DNA of 43,544 bases from a virus. Position numbers and translations under genes: made by a program. Positions within the stretch are counted from its first letter, which is position 1. Each line of letters begins with the position of its first letter. Location: IMG/VR virus record IMGVR_UViG_3300009086_000001; one strand, 5' to 3'. A model generated the notes under the pieces. The model had not been told where the DNA came from. It did no database searches and worked only from the letters and a program-made list of their open reading frames with translations. Positions 17,572 to 24,962 of this stretch are shown in pieces.

Positions 17572-18295
17572 CCCCCCCCTCAAATTCTAAATTATCAGGA
17601 ATATTAGCGGTTTTACTAAAATCTTGCAATTCAAAATCTTTATTATCATGTTGTTCTAAATTAGATAATTGTTGAATAGAGCTAAAATGTATCTTGCAAG
17701 CTCTTCTAATTAAAGCCACTTTCGCCTTTTCCTCAAACCAAGCATTCCAAATAAAGGCTTGTTTTGCACAACCTTTAATTTTGTTAATCTCATCAATATT
17801 CATCACCTCGCAAAAGCCTAGTTTCTTTTCGCCAAGTGAATAAGAAATGTAGCAAAACCCCCCTATTATTTTATCTTTTTTTGCAAAAGGATTTTCAACA
17901 TCTAAACTATAAGTTGTAATATCACCCTCTTTTTTTAAAGTAAATTTATCACCTTCATAAACCAACCTACAATCAATATTAGCATCTGGATACGCTCTTT
18001 TAATGGCATAGATAAACCCACGATAACCAACTCGCAATTGAGCTTCATTTTTATATTTTACTAAATGGCAATGCTGCCTCCCATCTATTTCTAAACCTAA
18101 ATCATGAGCTTGTTTAATGCAGCTTACTATGCTATTAACTGTACACTCTGATAAATCTTGTTTACTTCCTTTTGTTTTCTGAATTTCATTCAAAATACTC
18201 GTGATATATTTATCTTTACTGTTAGCAAAGATATTACCTATTACACTAGATTGAGATAATCCATCTTTAATTGTCAATATTCTGTCTTTGCTCAT
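17564..18295 (-). CDS. recT: RecT-family single-strand annealing protein
   Basis: 243 aa. 'CHLVKYKNEAQLRVGYRGFIYAIKRAYPDANIDCRLVYEGDKF' matches the conserved RecT core. A YqaJ-type exonuclease is encoded nearby. Confidence 0.7.
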   Translation of the reverse strand: MSKDRILTIKDGLSQSSVIGNIFANSKDKYITSILNEIQKTKGSKQDLSECTVNSIVSCIKQAHDLGLEIDGRQHCHLVKYKNEAQLRVGYRGFIYAIKRAYPDANIDCRLVYEGDKFTLKKEGDITTYSLDVENPFAKKDKIIGGFCYISYSLGEKKLGFCEVMNIDEINKIKGCAKQAFIWNAWFEEKAKVALIRRACKIHFSSIQQLSNLEQHDNKDFELQDFSKTANIPDNLEFEGGDE

Positions 18296-18449
18296 TTACC
18301 TTTTTATTTAGATTAATATTAGTAATTAACTTCTTAAACTCTTCAACTCCCTCTTTAGAAGTCTCAAATTCAACGTTATTTCCAAATTTACCAGTAGAAG
18401 CGTGCAATAGCATTACTGCCTCTTGTTTGGGTTTATTTATTAATTTCAT
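18267..18449 (-). CDS. Hypothetical protein
   Basis: 60-aa ORF preceded by the conserved 23-25-nt leader element. Its 3' end contains the next copy of that element. Confidence 0.45.
   Translation of the reverse strand: MKLINKPKQEAVMLLHASTGKFGNNVEFETSKEGVEEFKKLITNINLNKKVNEQRQNIDN
18301..18323 (-). repeat. Conserved leader element, copy A (upstream of recT)
   Basis: tttttatttagattaatattagt is identical to 18452-18474 and lies 5 nt from the recT ATG. Confidence 0.8.
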
Positions 18450-18451
18450 TT

Positions 18452-18479
18452 TTTTTATTTAGATTAATATTAGTTAGTA
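18452..18479 (-). repeat. Conserved leader element, copy B
   Basis: The 23-mer is identical to copy A. The 25-mer ttatttagattaatattagttagta matches copy C at 24 of 25 positions. It abuts the ATG at 18449. Confidence 0.8.
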
Positions 18480-18488
18480 AAATTATTG

Positions 18489-18671
18489 TTAATAGATCCT
18501 GCTCCTGCTCCAGCTCCCGCTCCTGCTCCCGCTCCAGCTCCTGCTCCCGCTCCTGCTCCTGCTCCCGCTACAGCTCCAGCTCCCGCTCCAGCTCCTGCTC
18601 CAGCTCCTGCTCCCGCTAATGCTCACGTTGCATCTTTTTTCAAAACCCGAACGAAGTATTGCTTGATTCAT
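18489..18671 (-). CDS. Doubtful ORF across the hexanucleotide repeat, (Gly/Arg/Trp/Cys)-Ser dipeptide repeats
   Basis: This is the only ATG-initiated frame on the operon strand: '[19 protein letters not shown](GS/RS/WS)n..RIY'. The track extends it to an ATG at 18791. The pattern of variable sites argues against this frame (see findings). Confidence 0.25.
   Translation of the reverse strand: MNQAILRSGFEKRCNVSISGSRSWSRSWSGSWSCSGSRSRSGSRSWSGSRSGSWSRSRIY
18498..18623. repeat. GC-rich hexanucleotide tandem repeat (CCN-GCT) x 20, plus one degenerate unit
   Basis: Counted by eye: 20 consecutive units from 18498 to 18617 (unit 13 is ACA-GCT), then AAT-GCT. Only the third base of CCN varies. Confidence 0.95.
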
Positions 18672-18672
18672 G

Positions 18673-18697
18673 TTATTTAAATTAATATTAGTTAGTA
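18673..18697 (-). repeat. Conserved leader element, copy C
   Basis: ttatttaaattaatattagttagta lies 1 nt from the ATG at 18671. Confidence 0.8.
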
Positions 18698-18803
18698 TTC
18701 CAAATTTTCTTAAAACTATCCGCAATCTTACTTTTCTCCACCTTTGAGCCTTTACGCTTCTTAAATAGTTTGAAAAAGTTCTTGATTGCATTAGTTAGTT
18801 TTC

Positions 18804-18956
18804 TCATTTTCCCAAAAAACTTTTTAGAATTTCAATAGATTTTTGAGCCAATTCTTTTAAGTATGGCTTTTTTTCTTCCTCAACCCTAATATGAGTTGTT
18901 TTTTTACCTCTTCTTTTACGAGGCTTTGAGTCTTTTGACCCTTTAGTTCTAGGCAT
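18804..18956 (-). CDS. Small basic protein (possible DNA-binding)
   Basis: The ATG at 18956 gives 'MPRTKGSKDSKPRKRRGKKTTHIRV...'. The track start at 18995 is GTG and lies inside a promoter-like site. Confidence 0.45.
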   Translation of the reverse strand: MPRTKGSKDSKPRKRRGKKTTHIRVEEEKKPYLKELAQKSIEILKSFLGK

Positions 18957-18985
18957 TTTTTTTAAAAAGTTATTAATAATAATAT

Positions 18986-19013
18986 ATGTTAACACTTAAA
19001 ATAAATAAGTCAA
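18986..19013 (-). promoter_or_regulatory. Putative internal promoter
   Basis: Minus-strand TTGACT (19013-19008), 16-nt spacer, TAACAT (18991-18986). The -35 box overlaps the TGA stop of 19010..19216. Confidence 0.3.
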
Positions 19014-19216
19014 CTACTTTTTTTATTTTTTCGCATATAGCTATGAAACTCTTTTATTTCCTGATTTGTTGGCCTTTCTTGTTGCTTAAATAGTTCTAAA
19101 GTGCTATTATAAGCTTGCATTTCTGCTTGATTAATGGTGAATATTCCTGATTCTGATTGAATGCCTGATCTTTCATTGTAATAATCTCGGTAATCTTCTA
19201 ATTTCCAGTTTGTCAT
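19010..19216 (-). CDS. Hypothetical protein
   Basis: 68-aa ORF starting 2 nt after the rusA stop. Confidence 0.5.
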   Translation of the reverse strand: MTNWKLEDYRDYYNERSGIQSESGIFTINQAEMQAYNSTLELFKQQERPTNQEIKEFHSYMRKNKKSS

Positions 19217-19217
19217 G

Positions 19218-19577
19218 TTAAAAATTTTGAATTATTATTTTACCTTCTTCACCCCACCATTTAGAGGCTTCAAATCTATGAACTACGCTATCATCTTTTA
19301 AAAGTGCATCATTGATAGACTTTACAAGATTATCTAAATCTGGTTTTTCTTGGTGGGGAGTATTTTTCATGTATTCCTTTTTTTTCTTACTCCAACTTCT
19401 TGGCATTGGAATATAAAAGCATATTTTATAATTTCCTCCTAATTCAAAATTTCTTGCTTGTAACCTTAATTCATCACAAAAGGCTCTATAAACTAAGACA
19501 CACTTTCTTTTTTTCCATTTATCGCTTTGTGTCATTCTAGGCTTTGCGACTGGATTTATTTTGATTACTATTGGCAT
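19218..19577 (-). CDS. rusA: RusA-family Holliday junction resolvase
   Basis: 119 aa. 'KPDLDNLVKSINDALLKDDSVV' matches the catalytic D-x-D-N...D-A-L motif of RusA, and the N-terminal 'PVAKPRMTQSDKW' is typical of the family. Confidence 0.75.
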   Translation of the reverse strand: MPIVIKINPVAKPRMTQSDKWKKRKCVLVYRAFCDELRLQARNFELGGNYKICFYIPMPRSWSKKKKEYMKNTPHQEKPDLDNLVKSINDALLKDDSVVHRFEASKWWGEEGKIIIQNF

Positions 19578-19587
19578 TAGAATAGAG

Positions 19588-19728
19588 TTAGTTGCTCCTT
19601 TTATAGTTATTAATTAAAGACCTTACTTTATCTATTAACTGGAGAGGAACTGAAATTCTTTTTGAATCAAGGCTTTTCTTTGTATTGCTTGGTCGTCCTG
19701 CACCGATTCTTTTTCCTCCTCTAGGCAT
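19588..19728 (-). CDS. Small basic protein (46 aa; not in ORF track)
   Basis: The ATG at 19728 overlaps the upstream TAG (ATGCCTAG). 'MPRGGKRIGAGRPSNTKKSLDSKRISVPLQLIDKV' has an N-terminus like that of 18804..18956. Confidence 0.4.
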   Translation of the reverse strand: MPRGGKRIGAGRPSNTKKSLDSKRISVPLQLIDKVRSLINNYKRSN

Positions 19729-20932
19729 TTTCTTTTAATTTTTGTAAGGTTTTTATTTGTTTATATTTTTCATAAGCCTCTGATTTTGGCTGTGTTTGAC
19801 CAAGACCTTTACAATAATAGTCATTTCTTAAAATACAGCGTGCCATTCTCTTCCAAGAGGGAGCCCATTGCTTCACCTCTAGGTCATGAGGTGCTTTATC
19901 TGGTATTGTATTGTAACCTCTTTTCTTCCATCCAACCATAAATTTTTTAAAACGCTCTTTGTAATGATTCTGCATCTTCTGCGGTAACGATCTTAATAGG
20001 TAATTTGTGTATGATTGCCAAGTGTGATTATTTGGCTTTGAAATGTCGTTATATCCATTTATATTCCCTCTCTCTTGGACATATAAAGAACCACTATTTA
20101 CCCCACTTACTCTATTTAGTAGTTTATACCAAATATCTGGCTCTAAAATATGATATAGCCACAACCCCCTTTTTTGGTCATCTCCAAATGGCTGACAAAG
20201 CCTCTGATTACTAAGCTTTACCCCCGCCATAGTCATCATGTCATATATTTTGTTATGTTGTAATTCTTTGTTCTTAGAATGGAAAATCCAGATATCCTCT
20301 GTTCTCCAATCATAAATTGGATAAACATTATATAGATAGTTAGATAATTTCGTTGTCCATTTCCAGCCGTTGTAAGTTAGATCCTTTTTTGATGATGTAA
20401 TAGCTCTATAACGATGTAAACTTTCATCGGCTCTAATCCCAATAAACCCAGCCGTTAATCTATCTTTAGCATACCATTTACCAAATATAACCATAAATTC
20501 TTCAAACTCCATTTTTGGAACATAAAAATCATATTGATCTAAATTTGCCGCTTCTTCTGGTTTGTCTCTTATCCATATATCTTTATTATCCTCATCCCAA
20601 CAAACCCATTTCGGCTGATAATCACTTACAGCATTTCTTAATTGCAATTCTCCACAAAACCAATGTAAATCAATGTTGTCTTTATACTCTTCTACTATTT
20701 CCCTTAAATGATCAATTGTATTCTGGTATTGAGCCTCTAAATCAATAATTAATAAGCCAACTTTCTTATTTCTCTTTCTAGCTTCTTGCATAACTAAATG
20801 AGTCATCACAGAACTATCTTTCCCACCAGAAAAAGAAATGTAGTAATTATCAAAATTATCAAAAACTTTAGATATCCTTTCTCTTGAAGCATTTAATACA
20901 CTTTCTTTTAAGTAATGTTTTTTTACTGTCAT
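19721..20932 (-). CDS. PAPS-reductase / ATP-pyrophosphatase superfamily protein with C-terminal extension (IbrA / YbdN-like)
   Basis: P-loop 'YISFSGGKDSSVMTHLV'. It is 403 aa with a Trp/Lys-rich C-terminal third like DUF3440. It is adjacent to a ParB-like gene, as in E. coli ybdM/ybdN and ibrB/ibrA. Confidence 0.75.
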   Translation of the reverse strand: MTVKKHYLKESVLNASRERISKVFDNFDNYYISFSGGKDSSVMTHLVMQEARKRNKKVGLLIIDLEAQYQNTIDHLREIVEEYKDNIDLHWFCGELQLRNAVSDYQPKWVCWDEDNKDIWIRDKPEEAANLDQYDFYVPKMEFEEFMVIFGKWYAKDRLTAGFIGIRADESLHRYRAITSSKKDLTYNGWKWTTKLSNYLYNVYPIYDWRTEDIWIFHSKNKELQHNKIYDMMTMAGVKLSNQRLCQPFGDDQKRGLWLYHILEPDIWYKLLNRVSGVNSGSLYVQERGNINGYNDISKPNNHTWQSYTNYLLRSLPQKMQNHYKERFKKFMVGWKKRGYNTIPDKAPHDLEVKQWAPSWKRMARCILRNDYYCKGLGQTQPKSEAYEKYKQIKTLQKLKENA

Positions 20933-20933
20933 A

Positions 20934-22067
20934 TTAATATAATTCTATTTGTCTACCAGTGCAAAGAGCGTCATCTAAACTAACGTCATCTCTGCTGTTT
21001 TTTTTTAACCACTCATTAAGATATTCTAGGGCTATTGAATTTGCTTTATCTTGTTGATCTTTTGATAACTTAAACCACGCTCCACTATAAGAAGAAGGTA
21101 TTCCAGAGGCTATGCAAACAGAAGCCTGACCAAGCCACGCTATCCTATTCATTGATTTATTAGTTAAATAATGTTCGCAACTATTATTCCACTCCTCAAT
21201 AACTCTTTTTAATGAACTTCTAAACAAGTTTTCATCTGTTAAAATTCTTATATATTCTAGTTCACACTCTTCATTAGTCCAGCCATCTTTTATATTTTTA
21301 TAAAATCCTGCCTTGTGACATTCCCACTTATCAAAAGTATGAAATATTCTAGTATCATCATTCTCATTTGGTATTTTATAAAGCTTCATTTCTTCGCTCA
21401 CTTCATCAGTTAAGATTTCATAGTTATTTTCCATATAGTCGGACGACTCCCAAGCTCTAGAAAAATCGCCATCATTAAATAAATGTTCTAACCCAGATAT
21501 TTGACAAAGCCTCAAGACTTCTTCTTCATCCATACCCAATTGCTTAGCAATCCTTTTGTTAGCCCAGTTACGATTTTTTAACTCAATAACAATTTCACTC
21601 ATTGCATTGATTTGGTGCTTACCTCTAGCTCTGTTATGTCTAATAGTTGAAGCAATACGGTCGTTTTTATTTTGCTGCTCTTTTCTTATCCCAACAACAG
21701 GTAAATAGCCATTAACTTTTTTTCTTACAATATCAGATTCTCTACCAACTCTATTTCTGTGAAAACCATCTATAACCTCTACTTTTTCTTTTTCTGGATT
21801 CTCCCACGTTACAATTGGCTGAGTATAGCCATCATTAATAATAGAAAGCTCCAAGAGCTGCATTTCTGGCGGGGCTACTTTATTTGGGTTATAATCATTA
21901 GCAACCACATCATCATTAACAATCCACTTAACAAAATCTACTGGCTCACTTTTAAAAGGACATAAATTATGTATATGCTCTCTTATTTCGTTAATAATAT
22001 CTATTTTCTCTTTCAGCTCTTTATTTTCCAACAAATCACTTATCATTTTTTTTATTTCGTTTTTCAT
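20934..22067 (-). CDS. ParB-like nuclease-domain protein (IbrB / YbdM-like) fused to an unrecognised C-terminal domain
   Basis: 'VEVIDGFHRNRV' and 'ASTIRHNRARGKH' are ParB/sulfiredoxin-fold motifs. An HTH-like 'NKRIAKQLGMDEEEVLRL' follows, and the last ~170 aa are Cys/Trp-rich ('WECHKAGFY', 'NRIAWLGQASVC'). Confidence 0.7.
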   Translation of the reverse strand: MKNEIKKMISDLLENKELKEKIDIINEIREHIHNLCPFKSEPVDFVKWIVNDDVVANDYNPNKVAPPEMQLLELSIINDGYTQPIVTWENPEKEKVEVIDGFHRNRVGRESDIVRKKVNGYLPVVGIRKEQQNKNDRIASTIRHNRARGKHQINAMSEIVIELKNRNWANKRIAKQLGMDEEEVLRLCQISGLEHLFNDGDFSRAWESSDYMENNYEILTDEVSEEMKLYKIPNENDDTRIFHTFDKWECHKAGFYKNIKDGWTNEECELEYIRILTDENLFRSSLKRVIEEWNNSCEHYLTNKSMNRIAWLGQASVCIASGIPSSYSGAWFKLSKDQQDKANSIALEYLNEWLKKNSRDDVSLDDALCTGRQIELY

Positions 22068-22075
22068 TTTATAAA

Positions 22076-22110
22076 AATTGGTTAATAACTTTTGATTAAA
22101 TTAACCAATT
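22076..22110 (-). promoter_or_regulatory. Perfect 11-bp inverted repeat just upstream of the ParB-like gene
   Basis: aattggttaat (22076-22086) and attaaccaatt (22100-22110) are separated by 13 nt and lie 9 nt from the ATG at 22067. A TTGACT lies on the minus strand at 22125-22120. Confidence 0.5.
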
Positions 22111-22227
22111 AATTCAAAGAGTCAAGTATTTTTTAATAAATAGTGTTTTTTCTAAAAACAAAACCAACCAGTAATTATTGTTAATAAAAGTAAGTGTATG
22201 TTATAATTCATCTTCTCCTATTTTGAT

Positions 22228-22551
22228 TTATTTAGCATCTCTGTAATCCATATATTTAATAATATCATCAACATTTCTAATAGGAAATTTCTTACCTGCT
22301 TTTAAATGATAATAATAGCTATCACTTTCATCAGTTTCAAATAAAAGATAGCTAGCTAATTCATCGCCTAATATTTCATCAATCAAGCCCGCAACCCCTG
22401 TATAATATTCATCATCTATTGATTGAATGTGAGGCGTAAATTCTGGAATTAAGTCTCTAATTTTATCATTTAGTTTGCTATATTTTTTTTGTTTAGCGTG
22501 TAAAAGTCTAAGTAGTGCTAAAGCTTCTTTTTGTATTTTATTCATATCCAT
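22228..22551 (-). CDS. Hypothetical protein
   Basis: 107-aa ORF. Confidence 0.5.
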   Translation of the reverse strand: MDMNKIQKEALALLRLLHAKQKKYSKLNDKIRDLIPEFTPHIQSIDDEYYTGVAGLIDEILGDELASYLLFETDESDSYYYHLKAGKKFPIRNVDDIIKYMDYRDAK

Positions 22552-22686
22552 TTACTCAAATTAATTACTATTGGTTTATCATAACCAGCATATTTACCAG
22601 CTATAAATCCTACTACAAATATTATTGTCATACATATTATCATATCAAAGATATAATCATGTTAGTAAAAAATACTATTACTGCTA

Positions 22687-22845
22687 TTAGTAGTAATGTT
22701 TCCTCCCTTCGCTTAATTTAGGGTCTTCAATATGTTCTAACTCAATTTTTAATGATTGCTCACTTTGAATTTTACATAAACCTAAACTAATTCTAAATTC
22801 ATGAGCTTTTTTGGCTATTTCTATTTGTTTTAATTTTTCTTTCAT
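22687..22845 (-). CDS. Hypothetical protein (52 aa; not in ORF track)
   Basis: ATG at 22845; 'MKEKLKQIEIAKKAHEFRISLGLCKIQSEQSLKIELEHIEDPKLSEGRKHYY'. It fills an otherwise empty 300-bp stretch of the leftward operon. Confidence 0.35.
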   Translation of the reverse strand: MKEKLKQIEIAKKAHEFRISLGLCKIQSEQSLKIELEHIEDPKLSEGRKHYY

Positions 22846-22858
22846 GATTATTATTGTT

Positions 22859-23089
22859 TTAATTTAATAATGGCTTTCCCTTTAAGCAATCAGGGCAATA
22901 ATACATCCCGCAAGGAGCTTTTACATCTTCTATTTTTTCACCATCCTCAAGTTCTGGCACAAAATCATCACCCCATTGGTTTATTGGTAACTTTTCATGA
23001 ACTAAATTTCCTTTTGAATCAAAAGATTTGTGCGGAGCTACGCCAAAATATGGGTAATATTCGCAACATTCATTTTTACACTTTTTCAT
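22859..23089 (-). CDS. Cys-rich small protein (possible zinc-binding)
   Basis: 76 aa with 'CKNECC' near the N-terminus and 'CGMYYCPDC' near the C-terminus. Confidence 0.5.
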   Translation of the reverse strand: MKKCKNECCEYYPYFGVAPHKSFDSKGNLVHEKLPINQWGDDFVPELEDGEKIEDVKAPCGMYYCPDCLKGKPLLN

Positions 23090-23099
23090 AATTTTTAAT

Positions 23100-23663
23100 T
23101 TAAGTTAATAAAAGTGGTTGTTTATCTCTTGCAATACCCTTTAAAGTATTATAGAATAAGGCTTTATCTTGGTCTAGTTCTTTTTTTAAATAAACTGCCA
23201 TTTTTTTAATGCGCTCATCCGATAATTCTTTTTTTACATTGCAGTAAGTATCAATCATCAATTTAATATGAGAATTAAGGGGGTTTTTATAGCGCTGTGG
23301 AAACGAAATTAATAAATTTAGATCATTACACCAGACACATACTGTGGATGCGTATAGACTTAATTCTTTCTCATAATCTTTCTTTCTTTTCTCAATATCT
23401 TCATCAGTCAATGGTTTTTCAACTAGAATTTCTAGCCATTGGGCAAGAGAGGGGTAACCTCCCCATTGTAAGTTAAATTTTTTATGCCATTCATCATTTG
23501 TCAAAAGCCAAAGTTGCTGGAATTTCTTTCTAATTTTTTCGTCTGGCACTTTGTCAGTTTGAGACTGAATTATATTTAAAATATTTTCAAACCCTTTATT
23601 GAGCTTAAAGTTGAAATTCTCTGCTGTTGTCTCAAATAGTGATTCTAGTTTTAATTTTTCCAT
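23100..23663 (-). CDS. Hypothetical protein
   Basis: 187-aa ORF overlapping the upstream gene by 13 nt. Confidence 0.5.
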   Translation of the reverse strand: MEKLKLESLFETTAENFNFKLNKGFENILNIIQSQTDKVPDEKIRKKFQQLWLLTNDEWHKKFNLQWGGYPSLAQWLEILVEKPLTDEDIEKRKKDYEKELSLYASTVCVWCNDLNLLISFPQRYKNPLNSHIKLMIDTYCNVKKELSDERIKKMAVYLKKELDQDKALFYNTLKGIARDKQPLLLT

Positions 23664-24283
23664 GCTAACCTTGATTTTTCTGTTTTAAAGTTGGTTTTAG
23701 GCTCAAAAACTCCCGTGTAATTGCTTTCAATAGAGTTTTCCAAAGATTCATTTGCTGCGCCTATTTTTTTGTTTTCAAATTTTATTAATTTGTTAATTAC
23801 CAACTCAACCGCTTTTTCTGTCGGTGTTGCTTTTTTCTTTTTTCTCATCTTCAAATATTCATTCCACAATTCAGCATCAACAAAATCTGGAATTTGAATT
23901 TCTTTTTTTTCTATTTTTTTTATTATTTCTTTAGAAATAACATTATCATTATCATTATCATTTACATTTACATTTACATTATAGGCTTTTTTGGGTTTTG
24001 AAAAACCCACTGGGTTTTTTGGGTTTTCGTTTTTTTTAGGCCTTCCGCCCTTTTTGCCGTTGGCTCTGTTGGCGTTTGCTTTATTTTTATATTTAATATT
24101 ATCTAGTCTAAATTGGTTCTTAAAAAATAAAAAAAAGGGATAAATTTTAGAATTAGGTTTTGGCTCTATTTCATCAATTTGATATGTAAAAATTGCATCA
24201 TATAATTCACCTTTTTCTGTGACAGATAAATGCCTAGTTGGTTCATAAAATGATTTAAAAAGTAGGAATGATTCTTTTGACAT
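23651..24283 (-). CDS. Possible replication organiser / initiator-like protein
   Basis: The N-terminus 'FLLFKSFYEPTRHLSVTEKGELYDAIFTYQ' followed by 'RANGKKGGRPKK' resembles DUF6291 / Lin1244-type phage replication-associated proteins. The C-terminus reads 'ELWNEYLKMRKKKKATPTEKAVE'. Tentative. Confidence 0.35.
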   Translation of the reverse strand: MSKESFLLFKSFYEPTRHLSVTEKGELYDAIFTYQIDEIEPKPNSKIYPFFLFFKNQFRLDNIKYKNKANANRANGKKGGRPKKNENPKNPVGFSKPKKAYNVNVNVNDNDNDNVISKEIIKKIEKKEIQIPDFVDAELWNEYLKMRKKKKATPTEKAVELVINKLIKFENKKIGAANESLENSIESNYTGVFEPKTNFKTEKSRLAWKN

Positions 24284-24304
24284 AACCTTAATAATTTTAA
24301 TATT

Positions 24305-24346
24305 CTCGAAACAAGGCGGGGGGAAGGTTTCGAGTACTTACCCCCC
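24305..24346 (-). other. GC-rich element able to form an H-type pseudoknot in the leftward transcript
   Basis: Interleaved complementary pairs: ctcgaaa (24305-11) with tttcgag (24328-34), and gggggg (24318-23) with cccccc (24341-46). It lies 21 nt upstream of the ATG at 24283. Confidence 0.45.
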
Positions 24347-24444
24347 TAAACTTCGTTGTAAGTCTAGGGTTAATCTTAAAACCTTATGTCAATAAAATAA
24401 TTAATTTTTTTTATTTTGTATTGTTTTGATACATAAAAAGTGTA

Positions 24445-24681
24445 TCATTTTGGGGATCTTTGCTTCTTCTTTTTATATGTAGAGTTATGGTGCTTGCGTA
24501 GTAACTGTTGTACTTTAGCTGCTTTGGTGTTGTTTAGATGATCTATTGTAGACTGTTCACATTTGAGACAGTGTGTACTTCTTTTTATTTTGCCATGCTT
24601 CTTAAATTTCTCGTCCATTTCTTCAATTTCTACTTCGTTTTTGCATCCCAAAGTGAGACAGTAGTATTTATCTTTTTTCAT
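24445..24681 (-). CDS. Basic zinc-ribbon-like protein
   Basis: 78 aa with 'CLTLGC' and 'CLKC' pairs and a Lys-rich tail. Confidence 0.5.
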   Translation of the reverse strand: MKKDKYYCLTLGCKNEVEIEEMDEKFKKHGKIKRSTHCLKCEQSTIDHLNNTKAAKVQQLLRKHHNSTYKKKKQRSPK

Positions 24682-24743
24682 TTTAATTAATAATTTTTTT
24701 CACTCGCTCAATTTGAGCGCTGGTGTTTTCTTCCAAGCATAAT

Positions 24744-24962
24744 TTATTTTTCAAAAAACTTTTTATAAACAGGATCAACCTCTTTATCAAGATATTTGGT
24801 AAAATTTCTAACAAGAATAGCTTTCAAGGCTTTTTTTGAAGCTTCGCAATTTCCATCGTTAGAAAATTTATAATGTGTTTCAGTGTTTAGATAGTTGGCT
24901 TTATCAAAAGCTCTACCAACGGAGTGATGTATTTCCTCTTTAAAACGATCTTCTTTTTTCAT
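24744..24962 (-). CDS. Hypothetical protein
   Basis: 72-aa ORF. Confidence 0.5.
   Translation of the reverse strand: MKKEDRFKEEIHHSVGRAFDKANYLNTETHYKFSNDGNCEASKKALKAILVRNFTKYLDKEVDPVYKKFFEK

Noticed and set aside
18301-18697. Three copies of a 23-25-nt repeat, considered as a mini CRISPR array.
   Set aside because: The spacings are unequal (about 150 and 220 bp). The intervening DNA is ORFs plus a hexamer repeat. Each copy sits exactly at a start codon, and there are no cas genes.
22542-22631. 29-aa hydrophobic minus-strand ORF ('MTIIFVVGFIAGKYAGYDKPIVINLSKWI') overlapping the start of 22228..22551.
   Set aside because: It is too short to support from sequence alone. It might be a real membrane micropeptide, but I cannot distinguish it from chance.
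23937-23980. Microsatellite-like (attatc)x3 (atttac)x3 inside 23651..24283, encoding 'NVNVNVNDNDNDN'.
   Set aside because: It is a short, in-frame, low-complexity linker between two domains, and nothing suggests a separate function.
24428-24446. Hairpin gataca-N7-tgtatc overlapping the stop codon of 24445..24681, considered as a terminator.
   Set aside because: The stem is only 6 bp of A/T-rich sequence, and in the transcribed (minus) sense it is followed by an A-rich rather than U-rich tract.
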